A stretch of DNA of 64,000 nt, taken from contig NC_043015.1 in NCBI RefSeq assembly GCF_006345805.1, positions 48,856,001 through 48,920,000 on the forward strand, written 5' to 3'. Below are positions 1-11,638 of the stretch, piece by piece (the first letter of the stretch is position 1; each line of letters starts with the position of its first letter). The position numbers and the translations under genes were made by a program. This stretch comes from Octopus sinensis (taxonomy: Eukaryota). Under the pieces are notes generated by a model that was given only the letters and a program-made list of their open reading frames with translations, did no database searches and was not told the DNA's origin.

Positions 1-157
1 TGTGTACAGTGCTCGGGTGCACTACAACTCATCTAAAGTGTATATATAATCAGGTGTAGTTTCGGCGGATTTCGGAAAGCATGAGGGCCTTAAAGGATGC
101 AGTGTCATGGCAGTCAACAACTGACGCAGGCAGTTTATTCCATGCTTCAGCAACTCT
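1..157 (-). mobile_element. CR1-clade LINE 3' tail fragment
   Basis: Minus-strand translation RVAEAWNKLPASVVDCHDTASFKALM resembles the CR1 ORF2 C-terminus; near-identical to 11949-12105. Confidence 0.7.
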
Positions 158-1350
158 ATTATATATTATAATAGAGGCTCCGACCCCATCAACACTGGCG
201 GCAGCAACAACAATAACAGTAATGCCAGCACCTGCAGCACTGGACATGAGCAGGGATGAAAAACATCAATAGAGGAGCAAGAAACGAGGTGGGGAGTCTT
301 AGAATGTGCTAGAAACAACAGCCAGATGTCTCTTAAATCACACATTTTCCTCTGGAATTATTACCATTGTTTTTAAAACCGAAAATGTTTCTCTCGTGGA
401 TTTTAAGTGCGTAGTGAAAAAAAAAAAAACAAACAAAAAACGTCCCAAATCCGTCCGGTCTGGGGTGGTAAGAGTGAAAAAAAAATCATAAATTTTCAAA
501 TTTTTTTACTTTATTCGTGAAAATATGCTTCTCATCATTCCGAAGATTACTGGAAAAAAAAATTAGGAAAATCCGTCAAAACGGAGAAATTCTGACATGT
601 GTGGGCCGTCTGATCCGAAACACCGCCCCCGCGTACCGTTCCAAAAATATTTGCCTACAAATTTCTTTGTAATCGTAATCTACACCGTTTGAAGGGTTGT
701 TGTATAAAATTTCATTAAAAATACCCACTTTCCTGAGAGTTTTGAGGGGTGGGGGATATCGGGTCGAGTGAATTTTCCGAAACACCTCTCCCCAATATCT
801 CGGAAAACTTTTTCCAACAAGTCCTTACATACACTTAATCTACAGGATTTAAGTATTTGTTGAACATTTCATTTTAAAGTTATGGAAATGAAGTCTGGAA
901 GTGGCTACGGAGATTCCAGAAAAATGCCAAAAATCGGCATTTACCAATTTTTCCCCTCTCTACCTCTCAAATGTGTCCATTATCGAATATCTGAGATACA
1001 CGCACGTGTCGGTGTTGCAACCTGTTGTTAAATGTAATTAACGAAGTCATAGAAGGGCAGAGACTAAGTACTCATTAATAGACTTAATCTTCGCTCGTTA
1101 ATTTTCTTTTTACTAAAATGGGGGCGGGACGGGCGGAGGTCTTTCGAGTTACATTGATAGAACAGTTGGAATTCGTTAAAAGTGATGTCCGTTATTAGGT
1201 TTCTAATTACAAAAGTTAATTAAAAAAAAAGAATTCCATCGATGGAGATGGGTTGTTCCAATATTATACAACACCATTATTAGTTTGCTTTTATTGAAAT
1301 AACAGTTATTCATTAAGTTTGGCGGCGTAATAAAGACCCTAACCCTAATC

Positions 1351-1758
1351 GGATCTTTTCGGTTTGAACGGCAGTTTTTTCTAGCGGTGTCATGAAATTG
1401 TCACCCATAATTATGACCCTAGTATCAATCTATTGTATTTCAATCTTTTAGGGTTACGGGTGGGGGGAAGGGTATCTTTTTTTCTTCAGAAATGTAAATA
1501 AACCCAATCTGTTTCTTAAACGATGGACATATTCATACGGCACAGAATGTTTTCACCTCAATAGACGTCATTGATTGGTTGAAATTGCAGAAATTGAAGA
1601 AAAAACAACAACAAATATCTTACAAACTATAGAATTTTCTCAATAAAGCCAAGAGAAAAAGATGTTTTATAAACACATTCTACCAGTATACGAAGTTTAA
1701 AAGTGTTTAGTTACGTGGAAATTATGTTAAAAAACTGCTGGTCAAACCGAAAAGATCC
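1351..1758. mobile_element. hAT-type MITE (~410 bp, TIR GGATCTTTTCGGTTTGA)
   Basis: TIRs GGATCTTTTCGGTTTG / CAAACCGAAAAGATCC; 8-bp TSD CCCTAATC at 1343-1350 and 1759-1766. Confidence 0.9.
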
Positions 1759-2084
1759 CCCTAATCCTCTCTGGTGCCACCTGGAAGGTAAGGTGTGGTG
1801 TCCGCGTGCGGATGAATTCTTCTCGAGACCAGCCTCTTTGCAGAGATTTAAACCCAAACACCGGTTGTACGATTCTTTACTTTCGCCTTAAAATTTTATA
1901 GAAAGTTAGAAAAAGTAACAAACCGTGTCCATTATCGAATATCTGAAATACACGTACCTGTTGGTGTTGCGGGTCGTTGTTAAATGCAATTAACGAAGTG
2001 ATAGAAGGGCAGGGCGTACCTTCGATTCTAATTCGACAAAACCAAAACAAAGGTTCGACTGTTTCCGTGACAACTCGACAATTC

Positions 2085-2287
2085 ACTTCGGATATCTCCG
2101 TGACAGCTGCTAAAATGGGTGGATGAGAAGAAAGCTAAAGGTGTGTGTGTGTGCGTCGCTCTGTGTATGTGTGCTTGTTCTTGTCTGTGTCACGCCCACA
2201 CACAGACAAGAACAAGCACGCATACACAACCCTTTAGCTTTCTTCTCCTCCACCCATTTCAGCAACTGTCACGAAGATATCCGAAGT
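2085..2287. repeat. ~200-bp hairpin palindrome
   Basis: 2085-2141 is the reverse complement of 2231-2287; inner arms TGTGTATGTGTGCTTGTTCTTGTCTGTGT / ACACAGACAAGAACAAGCACGCATACACA close a short loop. Confidence 0.85.
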
Positions 2288-3792
2288 TTTCTAAGCTTGT
2301 CACTTTGAAACGGGCGAAGATCAAGTCTATTTATAAGTACTTAGTCTCTGCCCTTCAATGACTTCGTTAATACCATTTAACAACAGGTTATAACACCAAC
2401 ACGTACGTGTATTTCAGGTATTCGATAATGGGCACATTTGCGGGGTAGAAAGGGGAAAATTTTTAAATGCCGATTTTGGGAATTTTTCTGGAATCTCCGT
2501 AGCCACTTCCAGACTTCATTTCCATAACTTTGAACTGAAATGTTCAACAAATACTTAAATCCTGTAGATTAAGTGTATGTAAGGACTTGTTGGAAAAAGT
2601 TTTCCGAGAAATTGGGGAGAGGTGTTTCGGAAAATTCACTCGACCCGATATTCCCCCCCGCCCTCATAACTCTCAGGAAAATGGGTATTTTTAATGAAAT
2701 TTTATACAGCAACCCTTCAAACGGTGTAGATTATGATTACAAAGAAATTAGTTGGCCAAGTTTTTTTGGAACGGTACGTGGGGCGGAGTTTCGGTTCAGA
2801 CTGCCCACATAACATAGGTCAGAATTTCTCCGTTTTGACGGATTTTTCTCATTTTGTTTTTCAGTACAGTCTTCGGAATGATAGGAGGCATCCTTTTGCG
2901 AACAAAGAAAAAAAGGCGATCCTTCGGTATAGGTACCGTAAGTACCGGAAGTGGTTTTCTTTCCATTTCTGAAGATAACAGAAATCTTTTTCTCCCACCC
3001 CTAACATTAACACAAACCCTAATCGTAACCCCCCATATATATAAAAAAAAAAACACTTTCTTGAAATGTATCCGGTACCTATACCGAAGTTACGCCGAAA
3101 AAAAATTTTGAAAAATTTTTTTTTTTCACTCTTACCCCCCAGTCCGAACCGATTTTGGACGTTTTTTCACTGCACACTTAAAACCCATGAGAGAAACATT
3201 TTCGGGTTTAAAAAATTTGGTAATAATTCCAGAGAAAAATGTGTGATTTAAGGGACATCTGACCATTGTTTCTAGCACATCCCAAGACCTCCCACTGCGT
3301 TTCTTCCCCCCCTCTCTCACATTTATTGATGTTTTTCAATATTTTTCTCCCCATAAACACATTTTATGGAATGATAATGCCAAAGTAACGCATGCTTAGT
3401 CCATTGTTGGGTGGGTTAGGTTTGAATAATTCACATACTTCGTTGTATCTTCCTGAAAAATGGATATTTTAAAATTAAATTTTCTAGGAAACATTCCAAA
3501 TGGTGCAGATTATGATAATGTCAGAATTTAATACAATATATATATATATATCATCATCATCGTTTAGCGTTCGCTTTTCATGCTAGCATGGGTTGGACGG
3601 TTCAACTGGGGTCTGGGAAGCCAGAAGGCTGCACCAGGCCCAGTCTGATCTGGCAGTGTTTCTACGGCTGAATGCCCTTCCTAACGCCAACATTCTTTAA
3701 ACTGATACATCTGTTTGTTGTCTACACCACCTGTCTTCGTCTTTTGTTTTTTTGTGAATTCTCCCCCTATACATACATATATATATATATAT

Positions 3793-3981
3793 AGGGAGAG
3801 TTCACGAAAAAAACAAAAGATGAAGACAGGTGGTGTACAAAGTAAACAGATGTATTAGTATAACGCTCAGGAATAGAAAAAGTCTTTTACGTTTCAAGCC
3901 TACGCTCTTCTACAGAAATGAATACAGAAAAAACAAGGAGAGAAAAAAATGTGTATAGTGGCTAACGATCTATCATGGCGA
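3793..3981 (-). mobile_element. Short Penelope-like non-autonomous repeat in a (TA)n tract with a hammerhead-variant motif (3885-3918)
   Basis: Minus strand reads ttt CTGTAGA A GAGC gtag GCTT GAAA CG TA aaa; homologous to 28692-28870; short inverted 3' fragment at 3693-3768. Confidence 0.65.
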
Positions 3982-3996
3982 CATATATATATATAT

Positions 3997-4049
<53 letters not shown>

Positions 4050-4815
4050 GTATATATATATGTGTGTGTGTAGTGGATCTTGCATGCATGAAGTGGATTC
4101 GATCCACCATATCCAAATTTAAATCAACACTGCAACAGAACTTTTCCCACGGTGGAACAATGGTTTTTCTGTGACAGCAGTTTTACATTTTCCAGATGCC
4201 TTTAGCTAGGCCAAAATAATGTCTTCACCACTTGACCCTTTCTAACCTCTTCTACTTCACCAAAAGCTAGAACAGAGATAACAAGACCACCAACTAAATT
4301 TATTGTTCTCAATGATTTGTCTATCCTTCTGGGTGGTCATCAAAGCAAGAATACCCCAAGCAAAAATCAGTTAGTCACAGTCGGTGATGACTCAATGACG
4401 TCTGGCTGACCAGCTAGAACCTTGGTGAGAGGGAGAAATGAAGTTCACTGACAGCAACTGTGAGACAACGTCCCACACCTTACAATTCTTACTTGCTCTA
4501 ATTCTGTTCTCTTACAACATCATTCTATCTCTCTCTGTAATTACTACTAAACAATGAAGAGGATGCAAACACAAGCATTACTTTGCATGCTTTTGGATTT
4601 ATCATAACCTGCCCGTCAAGGCAAGGTATTTGAAACGTGACGGTAAATAAATACTTTCCTAAAACTTCATGCGTTGTTTATCTTTCACATCTTACAACTT
4701 GCCATCCTACAGAATGCATTTATAACAGCAAATTTTTATCGTCACAACTGCTGACTCCACACACTTCATAATAATGCCTACCCATCAATATCTCCTGCAA
4801 CATATATATATATAT

Positions 4816-5197
4816 ACTCTTTTACTTGTTTCAGTCATTTGACTGCGGCCATGCTGGAGCACCGCTGTTAATCGAGCAACTTGACCACGGGACTTATTCT
4901 TTGTAAGCCCAGTACTTATTCTATCGGTCTCTTTTGCCGAACCGCTAAGTGACAGGGACATAAACACACCAGCATCGGTTGTCAAGCAATGCTAGGGGGA
5001 CAAACACAGACATACACGCACACACATATATACATATATACGACGGGCTTCTTTCAGTTTCCGTCTACCAAATCCACTCACAAGGCTTTGGTCGGCCCGA
5101 GGCTATAGGAGAAGACACTTGCCCAAGGTGCCACACAGTAGGACTGAACCCGGAACCATGTGGTTGGTAAACAAGCTACTTACAACGCAGCCACTCC
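4816..5197 (-). mobile_element. tRNA-derived CORE-like SINE, family A (internal TA/TG microsatellite)
   Basis: A-box-like TGGC(T)GNGTNG and B-box-like GGTTCAGTCC head; CACCTTGGGCAAGTG core; (AAAAGAGT)n tail; many copies in the window. Confidence 0.8.
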
Positions 5198-5450
5198 AAT
5201 TATAATTAAGGGTTTCTAAAAGATACCACCATGCTAGATAAAGCAGCTAAATGTTCATACAGCACCAGGAAAGAAGACAAAGAGACAAAATAAACTAGCA
5301 AAAAAATTATTAGATAATTCCAGATCTTTTTGCTAGTTTATTCACCAACAGCCCCGAATACTGATGGAGTTCAGGGCTGTTGGTGGTGGTGTCGATTATA
5401 TTTTCATCCCTGCACGTGTTTCCTGTGCTGCAGTCATTGCTGCTGGTGCT

Positions 5451-5839
5451 TGTTTGTTTGTTTGTTGAGCGAAGCGGTCTTCGTTCCAGAGCTCGCAAGC
5501 TGTAGTGGGAGAAGTCCGAAACGTGGTCCTTTGCTATTCGTAAGACACACAGAAGAGAAAGCAGGGCAACCCCCGACACCGAGAGCATCGACGGATGGCT
5601 GAATGCGCATCCAGGCTCAGCAGTTGCATAGGGAGTCAGGGACAAGAAACAGAAGAAAGAGTGAGAGAAAGTTGGAGCGAAAGAGTACAACAGGGGTCGC
5701 CACCACCCCCTGCCGGAGCCTCGTGGAGCTTTAGGTGTTTTTGCTCAATAAACACACACAACGCTCGGTCTGGGAATCGAAACCGTGATCCTCCGACTGC
5801 GAGTCCGCTGCCCTAACCATTGGGCCATTGCGCCTCCAC
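5451..5839 (-). mobile_element. Full-length tRNA-derived SINE with (CAAA)n tail
   Basis: Minus-strand head GGAGGCGCAATGGCCCAATGGTTAGGGC...GGTTTCGATTCC; 14-bp TSD TTGCTGCWGGTGCT at 5437-5450 and 5840-5853. Confidence 0.85.
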
Positions 5840-6112
5840 TTGCTGCAGGTGCTGGTGTTATTGTTATCGTTGTCGCTGACGCCAGTATTGATGTTCTTGA
5901 TGGGGTCGGGGCTGCTTGTATTGTTGGACCAGGGGTTGCTGGAGCTGGCAACGGTGGAGGAGGTGGTGGTGACGACGGTAGTGCTATTGCCACTGCTGGT
6001 AATGGCAGGTAATTAAGGAATAGTCTATCTACATGTGTTATTGTTTTGAGGGAGTAAGGGTGGGGGCAAACCAAACAAGAGACACACTGACATCACACGC
6101 CCACAGAAATGC

Positions 6113-6355
6113 ATGGTATGCACTGGGAATTCTCTCAAACAGCATCTTACCAATCATTTGTCCTCCTTTAGAGTCTCGGAAAGGAGAGACATGACATTGC
6201 TGGCTAGACATATCTGGCAATTAAGAGATGAAGGGATACCATACTCGATCGCATGGAACGAAGCATTGCCAAACACATGCATCCTGAACTCCAGGACAGA
6301 GATATTCAGGCCATGCTAGCATTTTAGAAGATTCCTGTTGGCATTTTGGAATCCA
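6113..6355 (+). mobile_element. Penelope-like element GIY-YIG endonuclease C-terminal remnant
   Basis: TGNSLKQHLTNHLSSFR...TLLARHIWQLRDEGIPYSIAW...ILNSRTEIFRPC*H matches the PLE pattern FKxRYxNHxSSF...TxLSKHIWxLK...LNxRxE..xCRH. Confidence 0.75.
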
Positions 6356-6787
6356 CAAGCCAATACAGCCGGAAGCCAATAGCCAAGGCCACAGAGAAAC
6401 AGTCATTTACCTTCAAGGTCCATTGGTGACCGCTAGGTGGCTGCACAGCTAAACCTCGATGATCAATGGCAAAGAGAGATAATCACCTCGTGTTTACTTT
6501 TATAGAGAGATATTTACCCCTCCTTATTTTGAAGAGGTCTTAAACCAGTAGTGTTTGGGGTATGAAGATATGCCGCCTTATGAGCAAGAAACCCAGTGTA
6601 ACCCCATAACCCGGCCTCTATTATAATATATATATATATTTTGAGGAGAGGTAGGCTAATCTACACTCTTCGACTTTGTCTCCTCACACATTTTGATAAG
6701 TGATGAGTTGCCTCCCTTGCTCCTTTTCTCTACAAATTCCAATATAACCATAATCAACTAGGTCTGAAACGTACTCATTGAAAATCT

Positions 6788-6831
<44 letters not shown>

Positions 6832-6902
6832 GTGACCGTGTGTGTACTGTTGGCGATTTTTTTCCCTCTGTCTTCCCTTCTCTGGATCATTCCTTTTCTT
6901 AT

Positions 6903-6937
6903 GTTTCTGACGAAGAGCTCCGCTCGAAACGTAAAAC
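6903..6937 (+). ncRNA. Minimal type-I hammerhead ribozyme in a (TA)n-flanked ~200-bp repeat (6835-7035)
   Basis: gttt CTGACGA A GAGC tcc GCTC GAAA CG TA aaac: intact core, 4-bp stems I and II, palindromic ACGU stem III, GUA cleavage triplet. Confidence 0.75.
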
Positions 6938-7191
6938 CCTCCTTCTTCCCTTCCTTCCTTAGCGTCCAATTATACTATATTTGTTCCACGTCCTCGCATT
7001 GTTGTGTTTTCATGCTTGGATTAACTATATATATATCGTGTACATTTTATATGAATAATATATAGTCTATTGACTACATTTTTTTGCACTAGACCACTGG
7101 TAGTAAAAATTTCTATAATTCTAATTACCCTAATATTATATGTATAATATATATATATACACACACATACATATACATACATATACACACA

Positions 7192-7230
<39 letters not shown>

Positions 7231-9284
7231 TATATATTATATTCCAAACATTTATGAAGAAACAAATTCTATGGAGACACACGCAGTTGTAATTATGACA
7301 TATTTTCTATCAAGTGATGTTAGTAGTTTCTCAGATTGCCTGAGAACTTGAAAATGATGAGACAAGTGTTTAAAATTCCTTGAGTATCGTTGACTAAATC
7401 ACTTTGTCACTTGATTGCTTTCTTTAACTCAAAGAAAAAAAGAAAAGAAAATCCCAAGATCTATTGATATAAGTTTCAAAGAATTCTCTCCCTCTTTCTA
7501 ACTTCCTGACCCAAACAATATAAAAACTGGATAAAGAATCATTAAGAACCCTATTTATTTTGGTATCTTTAAAGAATAATGAAATAAAAGGTTTTTCATG
7601 AAACGTGAATACATATTTTACAAGTTTAACACTTTGGCATTTAAACCAACATTATCCAACCAAAATATTCTACCTGATTTATGTTCAAAGTGGCCTCTCA
7701 CACCTACCCTACAATGTCCTTCTAAAAATAAATGCCCACATCTTCAATTTCTTGAAGGCACAAGATAATTCATGATTAATCCAAGACAATGTAAATAAAT
7801 AAGCCCTAGATTTAACACAATAATCTAAATGTTAAAGGGTTACCTCACTTAACTACAATAATTCTTCAATTGGTTTCAGCTCAGAGCTGCAGCCATGCTG
7901 GGGCACTGCTGCTTTCAGTTACTCACTTTCTTTAACCAGATCTTTTTCGAGACATTCTGTCTTTGATACAATGTTACCACATTACTAGACCACCCACACT
8001 AACCCCTTACTTTATCTCTCTACTCCTACAGCAGTTCTTGTGTACCATTACCGCTGTGTATTATTCATTAAGCTAAACTGGAATATTGCTCCATCTAGCC
8101 TGCCATTCCTGGTAGAGCCATGGGAATAGAATCCCCAGGCACCTCCTCCATTACATACTATAAGAAGCAACCATCATTAGATATTTCTGGCTGAGTTCCC
8201 AAGCACAACTAAGACTATGGATATTATCCTATTCCTGCTGGTTGTGGGGAGTAGATTCTTCAGGAAACTCCTTCTTTCCACTTTCTGGATGGATTCTCAA
8301 GTGTGGCTGATTATAACTATGAATTTTATCCAACCATTTCACTTTTGCTCTACCTCTAAGTTTCCTGTCAGCTGGCTCAGCTTGGCTTGAAGAATTTGTC
8401 GTGCAATTTTTCTTCTCTGACATTCTAATCACACATCTGTAGCCTCAAAGCTGTGATCTGTTGATGTAGAGAAGTAGTGGCTCAACCTGAAGAGACTCCC
8501 TTGATCTCTGAGTTATGCAATGTGTTGAGTAAGGAATATCATTTTGTAAATAAACTCCATGTCTCTAAAGACCATACCTTAAACTATAAAATATATCACA
8601 ACTATGTAATAAACAGAATTAGCATTAATACAAGCCTCCACTTCACAAAACTAAACCTTCCCACCGATATATCCAGACTACCACGTATCACTTGTCTATT
8701 TTATCTATTGCTACCCATTACGATGGCTGTATATCATTTACAGAATCTTTTAAATTGTTTTATTTTCTTAGTTTCTGATAACAATCTCTCATTAAAAAAA
8801 AAAAAATCAGAGATTGTTCCTTTTTTTGAAACTGGCTCTTGAAACAGATATAAAGCTATAAATAATAGCAAGTAAATACAGGATTGAAAAGTTATTTTGG
8901 ATGGAAAATATTGAAGGCAGCCTCTGTCTTTTGCTATCCATGATTTTTTTCAACCAAATACTTATGTGCTGTTATTTATAGATTTATGTGTGCTTTGAGA
9001 GCCAATTCCAAAAAGGAATTTATTCATGTCCTCTCATAAGTTTATAAATTCTTTTGACATCAACATAAAAACTGAACATTTTCACCAGTGATGGTGACCA
9101 AATAAAAATGAACAAACTCATACATAGCTTTCAATGTATTTTAAAAACTTTTTATTTGGTATTCCCAATAAAGTTTTTGAATAATTTCAATCAAATCTAC
9201 TTTGTTAAAATTATAACACCCTATAATGTTGTAAGGTTTATCATTTTACCATTTCTTGATAGGGTGATGGGAAGGGAAATGTTT

Positions 9285-10442
9285 TTAAGCTGCTGGGTTT
9301 GTTACCTTGCCGATGAAATAAATCAATTCAGTTCTTCTGTCAGCAATTAAAAATATGAACGGGTGATTAACATCAAATTTCGTTCCAGTCTGGGCTGATA
9401 CTGGATCAATTACCACTTCTCCGCTTGCGGCATGAGCATCTGTTCCTTTTTCATTTACATCAATAAATGTTTTATGAAAGAATTTACTCACATACAAATC
9501 CTTCTCACTACTTATTCCTGATAAATTCGCTTTGCTGGCATCAAAAATATCAGAAAGACCAAGTTTTTGTAAAGTATCAGATAACTCGAAAGCACTTTGA
9601 AAATGAAACTTTGGTAAATATAACTCCAGAGCTAATCGTTCAAAGCCTTTTCTCTCTTTAGTTTCTTTGAGAAATTGTGCATTAATTTCCTTCTCTAAAG
9701 CAGCAAGACCATCCATTTTATTAGGAAGAATTACAAACATACTAAATTTCACTCCCATGTAAGGTAACTCTACAGCTTTATAGTTCTGGCTTATTTTGGT
9801 ATTAAAATCTTCAGATATAAACATAGAATCACAAGATACAGTCTTGCCAGAACTTAGATGAAACTCTCTAGATGATGTTACTCTTTCTGGGAATCTTGCA
9901 GCCCACATTCCTTCAAAGTGCATGGCATTAACGAGAAGTAACACTGTATCAGAGGACAAACTTTTACTTGGTAACAGATCTGTGATTTTGTTATAAGTCT
10001 CATTCTTCACCCACTTATTAATATCAATTCTTATTCTTTCAGCATTTTTAAAGAAATCTACATTTTTAACATCCGTGAAAAAATATTCTGAAATCTTGTG
10101 CTTATAGCTTTCTGAAATAGGGAATTTATCCTCAACATACAAACGATTCACCGATTTACTCATGTGAGCTTCATTTGAATTCTTCTGAACCGAAAAATAT
10201 TTTTTATAAGCCAAAGCTAAATCATTTGGTGTTGAAGTTACATTCAAAACATTTTTCAACTGCTCAGCTGAGTTTTGTTTTGCTCCTAAATAAACCATTG
10301 ATAAAATGGTAGCAACACTGAAGGGGGACATGAAGACATTTTCATTGGTTCCTATGACCATTTCTTGAAAAAGGCTGGATGTAAAATGATCAACTGATGC
10401 AGCCAGGTTTTTAATCTCTTGGTGCTGGTTGGATGAGTTCAT
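9285..10442 (-). CDS. Serpin, intracellular (clade-B/leukocyte elastase inhibitor-like), 385 aa, single coding exon
   Basis: Motifs NVFMSPFSV, INKWVKNETYNKITDLL, LLVNAMHFEGMW, LYLPKF, hinge DVNEKGTDA, FDVNHPFIFLI; pyrimidine tract plus AG acceptor at 10460-10461 just before the ATG at 10442; no signal peptide seen. Confidence 0.95.
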   Translation of the reverse strand: MNSSNQHQEIKNLAASVDHFTSSLFQEMVIGTNENVFMSPFSVATILSMVYLGAKQNSAEQLKNVLNVTSTPNDLALAYKKYFSVQKNSNEAHMSKSVNRLYVEDKFPISESYKHKISEYFFTDVKNVDFFKNAERIRIDINKWVKNETYNKITDLLPSKSLSSDTVLLLVNAMHFEGMWAARFPERVTSSREFHLSSGKTVSCDSMFISEDFNTKISQNYKAVELPYMGVKFSMFVILPNKMDGLAALEKEINAQFLKETKERKGFERLALELYLPKFHFQSAFELSDTLQKLGLSDIFDASKANLSGISSEKDLYVSKFFHKTFIDVNEKGTDAHAASGEVVIDPVSAQTGTKFDVNHPFIFLIADRRTELIYFIGKVTNPAA

Positions 10443-10747
10443 CTTCTTGCTATTAATTTCTATAAAAATTAAAAAGTGCAATTTAGTTTATTTAAGAATT
10501 CCACAAGCACAAAATAATTTCAGACCAAATTAATAGTGAACACCAAAAACTTATTCATTAATTCCATAATCGATTTAATTGTATTCTCACTCCAAAATTA
10601 TCACCTTCAAGCAGCTTCATAAATATTTCCAAAGCAATATTTAGATCAGCAATTACAATAGAAGTATTAAGTTAAAGAGTTAATGAGCTCAATTTGACCT
10701 TGGCACATATTTAGATGGAAGGAAGTCCCAAAAATAAGACAACAATA

Positions 10748-10827
10748 TTTCAACATATGTTTCGAAGACAACATGGTTTCATTCCAAAGGAATAAAGGGT
10801 GTAAGATGCAATCTTCTCATCAGGAAA
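10748..10827 (-). ncRNA. Type-I hammerhead ribozyme motif with a long stem-II loop
   Basis: Minus strand reads tttc CTGATGA GAAGA [43 nt] TCTTC GAAA CATATG TT gaaa; palindromic stem III. Confidence 0.6.
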
Positions 10828-11240
10828 GAAAGGGAGCCTCTCTCGACAACAAGACAAACCAAAATTTTGATGACCGCCTACATGGTAAACAAAACGATAA
10901 TAAGTGTTTTTAAAAAACCGTTAGAAGAATTGACGTCAAAGTTAGATAGTAGGAAGAGAAGCGTTAAAGGAATGATAGATAGGGAACCAGTGGATTAAGA
11001 ATGTTCCCTACCTATCATTCCTTTAACCCTTCTCTTCCTACTATCTAACTTTGACGTCAATTCTTCTAACGGTTTTTTAAAAACACTTATTATCGTTTTG
11101 TTTACCATGTAGGCGGTCATCAAAATTTTTGTTTGTCTTGTTGTCGAGAGAGGCTCCCTTTCTTTCCTGATGAGAAGATTGCATCTTACACCCTTTATTC
11201 CTTTGGAATGAAACCATGTTGTCTTCAAAACATATGTCGA
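10750..11240. repeat. Near-perfect palindrome (238-bp arms, 15-nt loop), Penelope-like, one hammerhead per arm
   Basis: 10750-10987 is the reverse complement of 11003-11240 with about 5 mismatches. Confidence 0.95.
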
Positions 11241-11243
11241 GAG
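11162..11243 (+). ncRNA. Hammerhead motif copy with G12>A (probably inactive)
   Basis: ctttc CTGATGA GAAGA [43 nt] TCTTC AAAA CATATG TC gagag. Confidence 0.55.
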
Positions 11244-11293
11244 TAAAGGAATTTTGTTAACATCTTCGTTCGACTCCATTCTTTCATTTATTC

Positions 11294-11363
<70 letters not shown>

Positions 11364-11583
11364 TATATATATGTATATATATATTATATATATATATATG
11401 TATATATATGTATGTATATATATATATACATATACATATACATACATATATATACATACGTACATACATATATACATACATACATACATACATATATATA
11501 TATATATATGAATACATACATACATACATACATATATATATATATGAATACATACATACATACATATATATATATATATATGA

Positions 11584-11616
<33 letters not shown>

Positions 11617-11638
11617 TATAAATATATATATATATATG
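11294..11638. repeat. Compound (TA)n/(TACA)n microsatellite
   Basis: Directly visible; source of the spurious YI/CMYV ORFs. Confidence 0.95.

Larger units (their letters stand above)
258..3337. repeat. Large inverted repeat / foldback-like structure (arms ~258-1070 and ~2336-3337)
   Basis: 840-940 is nearly the reverse complement of 2465-2570; the opposite-strand ORFs 576-785(-) and 2573-2812(+) share GIFNEILY.NPSNGVDYDYKEI. Confidence 0.85.

Noticed and set aside
5765-5837. tRNA gene
   Set aside because: tRNA-like head of a SINE with body, tail and TSD; no proper acceptor stem. The same applies to the units at 43428-44170.
5745-6074. Pro/Ala/Thr-rich ORF
   Set aside because: Low-complexity repeat sequence (inverted homologue at ~170-270) running into a SINE; no gene structure.
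10443-10481. N-terminal extension MHFLIFIEINSKK of the serpin ORF
   Set aside because: Starts at a non-ATG codon and spans the splice acceptor; the ATG at 10442 is the likelier start.
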